Assembly: GCA_965644265.1 (NCBI GenBank) | Contig: OZ286464.1 | Coordinates: 13,268,001 to 13,332,000, forward strand | DNA: 64,000 bases | Reading direction: 5' to 3' | From: Glycera tridactyla | Taxonomy: Eukaryota | Shown here: positions 1-11,555 of the stretch, in pieces | Layout of the letters: every line of letters begins with the position of its first letter | Position numbering within the stretch: position 1 is the first letter of the stretch | Translations under genes and position numbers: made by a program | Notes under the pieces: model-generated | Told to the model about the DNA's origin: nothing | Database searches by the model: none | Seen by the model: only the letters and a program-made list of their open reading frames with translations

Positions 1-1199
1 CACCTGTCCATACCAAAAAAATTGCCTGCATGTACCAGTACGGCAACACTAACTCCAAAGCCCTGCTGATGATTAAAATATTTAGATGAGCACTGTACAG
101 TAGCGTGATATCCTTCTTAAGGCTGCATATAGATAGTACAAATCTATATGAAAAAGATAATGTTTTGGTTGATGAGACAAGTGAGAGACAAGTGTTGATA
201 CAATGATGAATATTGATACAATGATAAGGTTGCATTTTTCTGACCAAAGAAAATTGGAGTCCGGAGATTCAGCCTGCAGGGGAGAAAAAGTAAAAATGGA
301 GACATATGGTTGTATTATATGTCTTCCCTTGAGTGTAGTTGAATTGGGAGATAAGGTTATAGCTGGTACTCAGCAGAATTGGTCTACATAAAATAACACC
401 TTCCATCCAAACTCAATGTAAATAAATCTGTTATGTGATGTTCACTCTTTCAACCTGAGATTACTATGCTTTCATAGATGCCAACTTCTAATGGACAAAA
501 ATAGTAGCAATATCAATTTCAAGGTTTAGCAGAGCAAGTATATGCAATTGAATAGAGAGAAAATTCCTGATTTTGCAGACTAGCATCACTCCTGAAATGC
601 AAGAATTCTACCCCCCCCCCCAAAAAAAAATTAAAAAAAATGCTACTCTGAAATCCTACCAGTTGGCATCTCTGCCAGCAAAGAACTGCGCACATTGGTT
701 CTCTTGCCAGTAAAATCGTGGGAAGAAATATTAATTTGTTTACGCCAAAAACTTACCAGGCCAAACACATACCAGGCAGCAAACACATACCACGCAGCGG
801 ACCCAACCAATTTAGATACTGTAAACTAATACACACACACACACATACACACACACACACACATGCCAACCCTGCAGCGCCATTTTCAGTACTTGCAACC
901 TCATTTTCAGTAATCTGAGACATTTTTCAGTAATATGTTTTCGTGATTTCAGTAATATTTTCAGTAATCATTTTACCACTTAACTATTGAAATTTTCAGT
1001 GAAAATTTCATGCTTCGAAAAAATACAGTTAAACATATGTACAAAGACCACCCATTGCCAGCTGAAAAAGTGGTCATTGTAGGGAGGTGGCTTTTATAGT
1101 CTGTTGGGGACCCCGGAGGAGGAGTCTTGGAAGATCCCACCCATGCCCATTGCATGGCATCACAATGTAGCCCAGATGCTAATGACGTGATGTTAAACC

Positions 1200-3420
1200 A
1201 GAACCGACCAACCAACCAATACACACATACATACACATACACTCACACATGCATTTCAATCATGTCCAGTACACAGACATCTCAATATAGTCATAGGGAG
1301 GTTGGTCATAGGATGTAACCAACAAACACTCACAACCAATCTCAAACATATTACTTGCATGTACAACTCAATATAGCCTGGGGGTGCATGCAGGATGTTT
1401 AACAACCCACCAACCAAAATGTCCACCACACATATCACCCATATTCATTGCATGGGATGTGTCAATATTGTCCATATGATGCTCACCGAAGTTAGAACAA
1501 TCAACCAACGCACACCTATGATGGTTGCATGGGTGTCTCAATATAGCTCAGATTGAGCTCACAGGATGTGAGATAACCAACCAAAGACCCCCCCCCCCAC
1601 ACACACACACATGCACGCACAGTGAAGAAGAAGAAAGAGCTTGCTGCTGCAGTATTATTATCTGCGTCTGACAGCAAGGGAATTTTATGACTGCAGATGT
1701 TGGAGGGGCCAACAGAAGTAGGTTACCTCAATATATTTAGAAGAGGTAATCTCTGAAGCAGCTTGCAAACACCTAGTGAGATTGTTGTGCAGGGATATTT
1801 CTGTTGCACTGTTGCAGAAAAATGCTGTAAAGGCCATCCATATCCTTTGCTTTCTATTCACTCTCAAAAAGCAAGCAAATACCCTTGATCAGGGACTCAA
1901 CATTGATTTCTTTATCCACCTCACATTTGTGCAGATGAAGTGTGATTTCACCTACCTCCCAGTCATTTTCACCTCTACTCCAGCATATATAGTCAAACTT
2001 GCCCTGAAGACCATCCCTATAGAGACCACTTGCCTCTAACTCCCCCCTGTGCTGTGAACATGATACTTTCAACATTAATTGACCTCTATAACACCTGTCT
2101 ATGAAGAATGCTTTATGATGTGACTGACGGTGGTCTTTATAGACAGGGTTCATTGTAATTATATAATAAAAGATGCATGGGTGTCATTGCATTGGGGTCT
2201 CAATATCGGCAAGATGATCTCCACAGAAGTTAGAATAATCATCAAACTGACAAATGTCCATTGCTTGGATGTCTCAATATAGCTCAGATTGAGCTCAAAT
2301 GATTTGAGATAATCACCCCCCCCCCTCCCCAAACACACACACAAAGAAATAGGTTAATGCTGCACTATTATTATCTTTCTGTCCTCTGAGCACATGAAGT
2401 GAGCTTTTACTTTCACACCCTCTCATTTTCACCAGCATATACACAGTCCACATCTATGGAGACCACATCTATGCCTGCCTTTAATGAGCAACATGAGCTG
2501 TGACTGTGATAGTATTTTAAACAGTAATTGACCTCTCCATAAGACCACTTGCCTATGAAGACTGCATCTAAAGCAAATACCTTTGATCAAGGGCTCAACA
2601 TTACCATCTATATCCAGCTCTTTGAGCAGATGAAATGAGATTTTACCTACCATCCATGTTGTTGTCACCTCTCCTCTAGCATACACATAAACCCTCTTCG
2701 AAGACCACCTCTATAGAGAGCACCTGCCTATGAAGCCCCCCCCCCTCCAGCTGTGACCTTGATAGTAGTTTCAACAGTAATTGACCTCTCAGAAAAACCG
2801 GCCCACTTATGATTGTCACATGGGTGTCTCAATATAGCTCGGATTAAGCTGACACAATGTAAGACAATCGATCAAACACCCCTCCCCACACTCCACCCAC
2901 ACACACAAAGAAATAGGTTGATGCTGAACTATTATTATCCCTCTCCAGCTCTCCTGTGAGAACATGAAATGAGATTTTACCTACCCTCCATGTCGTTTTC
3001 ACCTCTCCTCTAGCATATACATGAACCTGCTTTGAAGACCACCTCTATAGAGAGCACCTGCCTATGAAGACCCTCCCCCCCCCCTCCCCCAAGCTGTGAC
3101 CTTGATAGTAGTTTCAACAGTAATTGACCTCTCAGAAAAACCAACCCACTTATGATTGTCACATGGGTGTCTCAATATAGCTTGGATCAAGCTGACACAA
3201 TGTAAGTCAATTGATCAAACACCCCTTCCCCACACTCCACCTACACACACAAAAAGAAATAGCTTGATGCTGGACTATTATTATCTCTCTCCAGCTCTCC
3301 TCTGAGAACATGAAGTGAGATTTTACCTACCCACTGTGTCATTTCCACTTACCCTCCAGCATATATACAGACAAACCTGCTCTAGAGACCAGCTCTATAG
3401 GCTCCACCTGCCTATAATGG
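1200..3420. repeat. Degenerate repeat cluster with about 335-345 bp tandem units
   Basis: GGGTGTCTCAATATAGCT recurs at ~1530, 2821 and 3164 (343 bp between the last two), with a variant at ~2268. ATGAA(A/G)TGAGATTTTACCTACC recurs at ~2630, 2963 and 3309. Units include C-runs and (CA)n. Confidence 0.85.
1988..2157. mobile_element. Tc1/pogo-type MITE copy
   Basis: Left end TATAGTCAAACTTGCCCTGAAGACC and right end GGTCTTTATAGACAGGGTTCATTGTA are imperfect inverted repeats with TA termini. Same family as 4320, 56005 and 58483. Confidence 0.6.
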
Positions 3421-4319
3421 GCACCCTGAACTAGACTTTTTATTACTGGAATACATATCCCATCTAATCACTACATTTTATGGAAAGTGTTATTCAAAAT
3501 GCCCTTTTGACCTTAGCTTATGACTTCTAATTTCCTAATTGAAATTACAGTCAGACCTGTTCACAAAGACTACCCTCATCCCATCAAAAAGGAATCTTTG
3601 AGAAATTGAGACCTTTGTCGAGAGATTGTTTACTATAAATATAGCATCACAGCTATAGCTCAGGATGATTTATGTAGGCAAGTTGAGTATGAACCAGTAG
3701 AAAGTGTGTTTCTCATGATATTACCTAACAGGAATTTCCCATGTTGGGAACATCTTTCATTTTATGATGCTCTACAAGAATTTCTAATTTGGAACTACAT
3801 GTATCTATTCCCTTCATAACTTTGAAAAGAAGAGCAGGGGAATGGTTGAAATGTTGTGTTATGGAAGAAGAATGTTCATGCAATCACATATGCTTTCAAA
3901 TCGGTCTTGAGAGTGGAATTACAATGGTGAATTTGGTTTTAACAGTAAGATTTTGACAAAACAGGTTTTTTCCAGTGGGTGCATCAGATAGTTTCTTTCC
4001 GTGAATAACCTACAGGAGGAGGTGTGGCATGTAAAACACTGACTTGAGGGTGGGGGGGGGGGGGTTGTATGGTTGGCTGTGGACAGAAAATAGCTTCAAC
4101 TCTATCTCAGAGGGCATATGATTTCAAGGCACTCCTTATTGTATGTGAGATTAGGAATGCAGACCAATCCCCCCCCCACCTCTCCCCAGTAAAATCATTT
4201 ATCCAGATGAAATTAAAACTTATGCTATCAGCATTTCAGCATCAAATGTCTACTAATTGTACCTGAGACTGGCCTATCTTTGACCTCAGCAGGAGCATTG
4301 TGTGGGAGTGTTGAGTAAG

Positions 4320-4440
4320 TACAGTCAAACCTGCTCGAAAGACTCCCTGCTTATACAAACCTCCCTGAGCTGTATCACTTGCCTATGAAGACTGCTTTTT
4401 ATGTGACCGAAGGTGCTCTTTATTACCAGGTATAAGTGTA
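4320..4440. mobile_element. Tc1/pogo-type MITE copy
   Basis: Starts TACAGTCAAACCTG and ends CAGGTATAAGTGTA (imperfect TIR, TA termini). Confidence 0.6.
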
Positions 4441-4455
4441 GTTGGTACATTCATC

Positions 4456-4890
4456 ATGGCAGAAGACAGTATCATAGTTTGGTGCAAAAAACTCTCATCA
4501 GCAGCTGTGCTCCCCTTGAAATGCAGTGATGGGGCTGCAGGTTATGATGTTTTCACTCCTCGTGATGTTATAGTTGAACCTAAACAGCAGAGACAGATCA
4601 AATCAGATCTGGCTTTTGGTGGCATACCCAGAGATACTTATGCATATATTATGGGTAGGTCTGGCTTATCTAAGAAAGGTTTGCTGTTGATGTCAAATGT
4701 AATAGATTCAGATTATAGGGGTAATATTACCCTGAATATCATCAATTTGGGACCAAAAGCTATTGAGCTTAAGCAAGGCACTCGCATTGCACAGATCATT
4801 TTCCATAGAGTTGCTCTCCCTAAAATTGCTGAATGTGACATCTTGGATTCTACCACAAGAGGGGTGGGAGGTTTTGGGTCAACTGGGTAA
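4456..4890 (+). CDS. dut: dUTPase (trimeric family)
   Basis: All five motifs present: AAGYDV, GRSGLS, VIDSDYRG, RIAQII, RGVGGFGSTG. Confidence 0.96.
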   Translation: MAEDSIIVWCKKLSSAAVLPLKCSDGAAGYDVFTPRDVIVEPKQQRQIKSDLAFGGIPRDTYAYIMGRSGLSKKGLLLMSNVIDSDYRGNITLNIINLGPKAIELKQGTRIAQIIFHRVALPKIAECDILDSTTRGVGGFGSTG

Positions 4891-5428
4891 AGAGGAGTGT
4901 CTGAATTGCTGATTCTTCCAAGACTGAAAAAGCAATACTGGTATCTTCTTAGGTAGAATGAATTGGTCTGGGTGGGGAACTTAGAATAGGGGCAGGGGCT
5001 GTGTGGATTGTGAGGCATGTGTCTACCCATAGAAGGTGACAATAGGGACAGAGGCTTGGTGGTTTGTGAAGCATATGCCTACCCATAGAAGACGATGCTG
5101 CTTTACACTGTTTATAGGACATATATAAGAGAACTGGGTAGGTAAATGGGAGCCACATTGCATACTGGTTCATCTGTTGCACATCTTACTATTGCTTGCG
5201 TGTCAGGGAATTGAAGAAAGTTCCATGCAACAACAATATAACCCACTTCTTACTGAAGGGACATCAACCAACCAATTGACCAACCTACCAACTCACCAGC
5301 CAAGCAACATCACTGCTGCCTCAGGACAAGAAGATACGAGATATTTCTACTAGGCTGGTGAGTTGAACTTGGTTTACTATATTGTGTTTTATTAATCATG
5401 CTTTGCTTTGCATGCATATTTGGATGTG

Positions 5429-6052
5429 ATGGTTGATAATGGTCCTAAATTGAATCAGACAATTTTGATGGTCGTGTTACCAGTGACAGAAGTTTTTGTG
5501 GAGAAAATTCATGCAGATTATCCTGTTATATCTTCATATCATAGAGGTGCTGTGACTATAAAAGATGGGACAAGGTCATGGCGAATATTCAGGAAAGGAT
5601 CAGTCAAAATTCATGTTTTAGCAGATGTGTACTCATTCATTTCGAATTTTTATGTGAAGTCTCATAATATTTTACATCTTCTTACTAAATATTCCATCTT
5701 CAAGAATCAGCTCAAACCGCAAATCATAATTTCAAGTAAGAATTTCCAGTTCACCTATAAGTTTATTCCATACAATGTTGAGAATTGTGTTCAATCTATT
5801 TCAGCAATAATCAATAATTCTGGATATAGGTATTTCATGTCTAGAAGTGATTTGGTATATTTATATACCGAGGTGTCATACTGTGAATTAGATGGAACAT
5901 TCAAAGCCAGAGAAATCAATACACGTTCAGTTTTCACTTTCAATCGGTCTGGTCATTTATGTGCTGTTCTCACAACATTAGATGATTATCAGATTTTGGT
6001 TGACATAATCCGTGCTGTTAATTGTTATAAGCAAGATGAGATTCAATGCTGA
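5429..6052 (+). CDS. Hypothetical protein, possible TBP-like two-repeat fold
   Basis: Open ~207 aa from the first ATG. Two segments, GAVTIK..WRIFRKGSVKI and RSVFTFNRSGHL..helix, are spaced like the two TBP repeats; SSKNFQFTYKF resembles KIQNMVGSCDV. Confidence 0.45.
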   Translation: MVDNGPKLNQTILMVVLPVTEVFVEKIHADYPVISSYHRGAVTIKDGTRSWRIFRKGSVKIHVLADVYSFISNFYVKSHNILHLLTKYSIFKNQLKPQIIISSKNFQFTYKFIPYNVENCVQSISAIINNSGYRYFMSRSDLVYLYTEVSYCELDGTFKAREINTRSVFTFNRSGHLCAVLTTLDDYQILVDIIRAVNCYKQDEIQC

Positions 6053-7556
6053 ATCATTTTTTTCAGCAGTTGTGGAAGTTTTGAAGTCTGAAGATGCATT
6101 GACTGTGGTATTTTGGGATGGGGTTGGGGACGATGTTAATCATGTTTGGAATCCACATAAAAATGCTGATAAAGTGAAACTCAGATCAGTGATGATTTTA
6201 CACTTGATGAAGAGAAGGGAATTTCGGGCTGACTGCAAAGAGGATTTGGAAAAGATGGTTACTAAGAAAGAGGCAAAAAGACAGTTCCTCAAACGGTTGT
6301 TACGTGAGCTAGGAAATTTGTTACGGGTTAATTTTGAACTTAGATTTGATCAAGTGGGAAGAAAACCTATACATGTGACCAAGGAACCATCTTTATGGTC
6401 TGTTAGCCTTTGTGTGAATGGAGATGGTCTCGTTCATGTTAATCAGAAATCTCTCACTGGAGGACATGATCCCATAACTTCTCTCCCAGATGGGAGAAAA
6501 AATATCACGACTGTGGTTTCTGATACTCTGACCACTATGCCATGTATAAAAAAATCTGGGACTGAAATGGATTATTTTAGTATGCCCAACTTGTATGATG
6601 ATACGTTACCTGATTTATTTCAAGGTGGTAGTGGTATGCCTGTCAACACTACTCCCACTTCAGATCATATAGGTATCAGTAGCTATAGCATTATTTCTTC
6701 CACTGCAATGTCAACAATAGATCGAGGTGGCGGTGATGCGAATGTTACCACTACTGTCACTTCTGACCATTCAAGTATCAGTAGCTGTAGCATCATTTCC
6801 TCCACTGCAATCTCATCAATGGGAAGCACAGCAAAAACTTCCATATGTATTCCCAGAGATATGAATGCAAGGGAAGCAGTTGAACATGGAAATGTATGGA
6901 CCAATGTTCATCGAGAATTATCTCAACTTTCAGGTTTTGGTATGGGGAAAACTGTCACCTGCACAGTGACAGACACATTGAGTACTCCACGAATGAGTAC
7001 CAGTGAACTTTCATATTCATCTACTTCATCTCAACCAGAGATGAATTCATACCAACAAATGATGTATTTACCTCATATCCAAAATACCCACCCACAATTT
7101 TTCTGGCCATATAGACCCCCATTTATGCCATGGACGAGTGAATGGAGTGAAAACAGAGTGTGTATGGGTGTGGATCAAAAAAGTGTGAGCCAAGCAGATG
7201 TTGGAATGATAGCTGCAAGTGGAAGTGATGAAAGGATGCATGGCACCTTATTTACAGCTGGAGCAAATGGTAATACGGGGGAGGAGAATCAAGTTAAAAA
7301 CCAGACGAAAGGTCTGACTGAACAACCACAAGTTTCCCGGTCTGATTCTGCTCAGAGTACTGATGTTCAGGGTTTTTCAGATTCAGATCTGTCTTCAGAT
7401 GAAGAAAACACTATAAGTTCTGACCAGGCTTCAAAATTGTTGGAGTCACCAGTTGTTTTAGAAAAAAATTTAAGTCAAAATATGAAATTGCTCCAGGAAT
7501 TGGAACGTAGAAATCGAAAACGATCTTACAGTGAAGAACAGCTAGAGCAAATGTGA
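6036..7556 (+). CDS. Hypothetical ~506 aa protein with a globular N-terminus and Ser/Thr-rich low-complexity C-terminus
   Basis: Long intact ORF overlapping the previous stop. Internal repeat TSDHIGISSYSIISSTA / TSDHSSISSCSIISSTA; basic C-terminal RRNRKR. Confidence 0.75.
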   Translation: MRFNAESFFSAVVEVLKSEDALTVVFWDGVGDDVNHVWNPHKNADKVKLRSVMILHLMKRREFRADCKEDLEKMVTKKEAKRQFLKRLLRELGNLLRVNFELRFDQVGRKPIHVTKEPSLWSVSLCVNGDGLVHVNQKSLTGGHDPITSLPDGRKNITTVVSDTLTTMPCIKKSGTEMDYFSMPNLYDDTLPDLFQGGSGMPVNTTPTSDHIGISSYSIISSTAMSTIDRGGGDANVTTTVTSDHSSISSCSIISSTAISSMGSTAKTSICIPRDMNAREAVEHGNVWTNVHRELSQLSGFGMGKTVTCTVTDTLSTPRMSTSELSYSSTSSQPEMNSYQQMMYLPHIQNTHPQFFWPYRPPFMPWTSEWSENRVCMGVDQKSVSQADVGMIAASGSDERMHGTLFTAGANGNTGEENQVKNQTKGLTEQPQVSRSDSAQSTDVQGFSDSDLSSDEENTISSDQASKLLESPVVLEKNLSQNMKLLQELERRNRKRSYSEEQLEQM

Positions 7557-7561
7557 ATAGC

Positions 7562-7656
7562 TTCTGAGATTTTGGAGGCTGGCAGATGTTGGTTGGATAA
7601 AATTGCAAGTAACATTTTTGAACCTGCCCTTGAGTGTGAGTCTGCTTGTCGTGTTC
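7562..7656 (+). repeat. Intergenic ~95 bp repeat, copy 1
   Basis: TTCTGAGAT..GGCTGGCAGATGTTGGTTGGATAAAATTGCAAGTAACATTTT..CTGCCCTTGAGTGTG..TCTGCTTG..TGTTCA; a closely similar copy lies at 19846-19937. Confidence 0.85.
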
Positions 7657-7725
7657 ATTGTTTGAGAGCTGTCCATAGGGTTTCTCGCAAACCTAGAGGA
7701 AAGCCAACAAAGAGAAAGAGTCAAA

Positions 7726-8446
7726 ATGAGTGACTTAGCATTATTGTTCAAGCGCCAAAAAAATCACTTGTTGATGAGGCCTGAGTTATATGTCCCTAAT
7801 AAGATTGGAACATATGTTGGCTTAAGAGCTCTGTTTTTGCCTCCACTGACTACTCATTTTATAGGTTGAAAAAGGAGCTTATGTTGAGGTACAGCTTCAT
7901 GATACTGAAAAAGTGTTTCGGATCCGGTTTCCACGGTCTTATGTCAAAACATTTGTTGAGATAGAAGAAATAATCAATGATAAGTTAGAAAGGGATGGCA
8001 TTTCACAATATTTTCAGTTTTAATATAGTTTAAATAAAAATAGATTTAAAATCAAAATGAGTGCTGATGCAGGAGCATATATCAGAATTCCTTCAGGATT
8101 AGCAAAAGATTTAGGATTTAGATCATCAGTAACTGTTTCAGCAACTATTCAAGCACCTGCTGAGCCTGTGTTTCGTCGGGATGAAGCCTTGTTAAATACC
8201 ATATATATACGCTGCAACATATGTGAATATTCACAGGTGAATGAATTTTTTGATAGATATTTGGGCATTCTTTCAATTGATCCTTCCCACAGAAATACTT
8301 TCTACTTTGAGAACCCTGTTTATAAACAGATTGCTTCTGAACTTGATTGCATCACACATATAACCATTGATTTATTGGATGGGGAAGATATAGTAATCAT
8401 GGGTTGGGAAAATATTGATGCAGAATTGTCCGTTATTCAAATGTGA
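7726..8446 (+). pseudogene. Second minor capsid (penton) paralogue, disrupted
   Basis: ATG 7726, frameshift at ~7864, in-frame TAA at 8021. The C-terminal part LNTIYIRCNICEYSQV..LGI..ENPVYKQI..ITHITIDLLDG aligns with the penton at 25507 (HLYIYCDILEYSLV..LLAV..QHPNYIKV..IESITIIITD). Confidence 0.7.
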
Positions 8447-8900
8447 GAGATAGGGAGTTGAGCATTGTGTTATCAGGGAATGAGCCAAAAGATGATGAAC
8501 AGATCGCAAATCCATTTTGCCTTCAGAATGGACCCTCTAGTCTTCATTTATTTCACAGAGTTTCATCTTCCATTTGGGAACCATTCATTTTACATACATC
8601 TCGATATAGCCTACATACTGCTTACAGGATATGACACAAACAAACAACTNNNNNNNNNNNNNNNNNNNNNNNNNNNNNNNNNNNNNNNNNNNNNNNNNNN
8701 NNNNNNNNNNNNNNNNNNNNNNNNNNNNNNNNNNNNNNNNNNNNNNNNNNNNNNNNNNNNNNNNNNNNNNNNNNNNNNNNNNNNNACAACCATCATTCTT
8801 TTTTTTCCTTTGATAGTTTCTTGGATGGCTGGTTGATTTACTATTTCAGGGGGGGGGGATACTGGAGCTTGAATTAGTTCATAGAGGTCAATGCCTGCCA
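8443..8900 (+). pseudogene. Possible third small penton-like gene, frameshifted and interrupted by the gap
   Basis: Segments ELSIVLSGN, VFIYFTEFHLP and SFYIHLDIAYILLTG resemble penton motifs FYVFLPSN, EVALTSIIYP and LYIYCDILEYSLVG. Confidence 0.3.
8650..8785. other. Assembly gap (N run)
   Basis: Run of N bases. Confidence 1.
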
Positions 8901-9877
8901 CAGGTAGATGGGAGTGTTGTTGTTTGGGCTGGAGGAAACCTTACAGCATTGCATCAATACCCTTAGATACCAAGACAAGAATTCTGATCTGGCAATAGAC
9001 AGGTTTTTTTTTTGTTTTTTTTTCCATGCAACCAGTGACATTAGGGATTCACACATAGGCTAGCAAACTTTGATAACATGTTTTCTTTAGCTATGGCTTG
9101 GGAAATTACCCTGATTGGAACCAGACTTCAACATGGCATATACCTGCTATTCATGATCGGTGTTGGGTGTTGTGAAATTTACTTTGCCAAGTGATAAAAG
9201 GGGATTCATCAAGGACATTCTATACCATGGAATGATGAGATGAATTACAACCTTGACACAGAGAATTTCAGGTTGCTGTGAGGAGATGAAGAATGGAATT
9301 CCCTGTTGCGCAATTCAATGCCATCACTATCTGTTTCTTTCATTGTTACAATTCTTTGATAGATGTTTACATTTTCAAACTTTGAGACAAACGCGCGTGA
9401 GACAATGGTTCCTTATAAATGAAGGGTATTATTAGTGTATGCAAACCTGTGTGTACCTGGAAACGGATTAGTATAAATCATTCAGTACCTACTATGTTTT
9501 TGCCCAAAGTGAATATCCAAACACATTTGTCCTTTTCTTGTCAGTGAAATCTCTTTAATCTGCTTGTTGAAGAAATCCTGTAATTAATCCTTGGTTGACT
9601 TGAAATTATTTGACCAGGTAGTACAAGGTGGTGATGGTGTGAGTTCATGTTTGGCACTAACTGAGAGCACACACAGTATGTAAATCATGAAGAGGGGTCT
9701 TCTGGGAGATACAGCAGGAAGGTTCTTATGGCTACACTGTTATGATGATTGCCAGTTGGTTGGAGAGGGGTGTTATTTTTATCTACAGTCTGCTCCACTA
9801 CAGTTTGTACCTCCACTGGGGGTCTTTATTCGACCATTGCATGTGATATATATATATATTCTTCATTTTCAGTCAGG

Positions 9878-10110
9878 TGGCTCACCTGGATGAGTCAGTG
9901 GTAGCGCACTAGGCTGGCTTGCAATGGGTCTTGGGTTCAATCCTCAGTCATACCATGCAGGAATGTTTCACCCATCATCTTTGCTCTCCTCGGCTGGTAG
10001 TTTGATTAAGCATACTCAAGTGCAGAAAGTGGACCCAAAACACTATTTAAAACCCACTATTGAGAATATTCAGCAATTTTTGTATGTTGGTTTGCCTACA
10101 TATTTTTCCA
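9878..10110 (+). mobile_element. tRNA-derived SINE-like element
   Basis: Pol III A-box-like TGAGTCAGTGG (9891) and B-box GGTTCAATCC (9934), preceded by (TA)n. The 3' limit is approximate. Confidence 0.6.
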
Positions 10111-11555
10111 TATTCATCTGAACTTATCCAGATTAGTTTTTTTTTTTTCTCCTTCTCTATGCTAAAGTGAGTGTAGAGCATGTCAAACATTGAAGATATA
10201 TGCAGTTTAGGAAGCTGGGAAGGACCTTGTTCACAGTTTTGATCTTGGGTGTGATGGCATCTATAACTTGTAATTGATGGGTTGGATGCATTTCATGGTC
10301 AGTTTCAAATATCAAGACAAATTGCTGGGCACAGAAAGGTACTTTCTTTGAGTAGGAGGCATAATTCTACAAATCAATGGTCGTGGCCTCCCCCGAATGC
10401 ACCCAGACATGACCAGATTGAATTTGTCAACCTTGTCTGTGGTGAGATGAATGCATATCATGTGTAATAAAAGCAATCAGTTGAAATTGAGAGATGAGAT
10501 TTTGGGTAGCAAGACAACTATGTGGACTTTTCTGAAAACTGAAATCATTGTGAAAATGAGCCCCACCTATATAGAATTTTTTCACTTCAAGACCATCCTT
10601 GTCAACCATCTAAAAATGCTTTGAATCTACTCTGGACTGATTCCTCTGCCTTCCCTCATGTGCCCTGAGTGCATTCCATGTCAAATAAAGAGGTCTGAGA
10701 GAGATTCATATCCTAGAGAGGCGAGATTTTTGTCAAATGATGATCATCCACATAGGGCTGATACTGACTGCACCCTGAAATGCTTTAAAACAGCTTGGTA
10801 TTGCCCACAAGGGTCTGTCTCAATTCTGGCTGGTATGAGGAGTCTGTTAAGACATAGATACAGTGCATTGATGCATGCTTGTGAACATGTGGGAAAAATA
10901 TGTTTCATCATAAAGCTGATTTTCCAGGTCACTTATGTTGACTTGTACTGAAACAAATTGTACAAATGGACTTACTTTCACAATGGACATAGAGACCATC
11001 TATCCATACGTTGATGCCTGGTTTGATACACCTCGGTGCATTTCAAATGTTTGAAATGAGACATCACAGCTGCAAATTATGGCCATTTTTTTACCACAAT
11101 TCCCAGTTGTTGTTTTTTTTTTCTTTTTTTTTTCTTTTCATTTCCCAATCAGTAGATTGATTTGATGGTTTCTGATGTCATTCATCATGGAACCATTGTT
11201 TAGAGATACATTATCTATTTTCATGAACCTTGCTATTCCCCCCCCCTCCCCCTATTTCTTGTGGTCCCTTGGAAATTCTGCAAGGGAAACCACCGGAGTC
11301 TGGTACTCTGAGTTACACAAGGTACAACAATGAGTTTCATTCAGATATAAGTAGTGGCATCCAATCATGGGTACTTGCATTTATATTGACCCCCTCCCCC
11401 CATGAGTATTGCTGATGTTGAATGCAACTAACTAATAGAGCTCTGATACAATATGTCATCCAGGAGCAATTGGTGTGCACAAATCAGACTAGACTAGCAG
11501 GCAACCTATCTGAAATACTGATGTATTCCCAACTAGTATCCAATAAACTTCCACT

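Noticed and set aside
740-1010. Left TIR matching 32860-33000 (shared CAGTGAAAATT, GGTATGT and TG tracts)
   Set aside because: Only short low-complexity words match; no co-linear inverted alignment.
203-4266. Short ORFs in the left repeat region
   Set aside because: Derived from repeats and microsatellites; no protein motifs.
9100-9840. Semi-open frames that might be a decayed gene
   Set aside because: No recognisable motif on either strand.
10150-11000. Possible decayed 2OG-Fe(II) oxygenase (HxD-like words such as AHFHND, HRADTD)
   Set aside because: Motifs fall in different frames and strands with wrong spacing and many stops.
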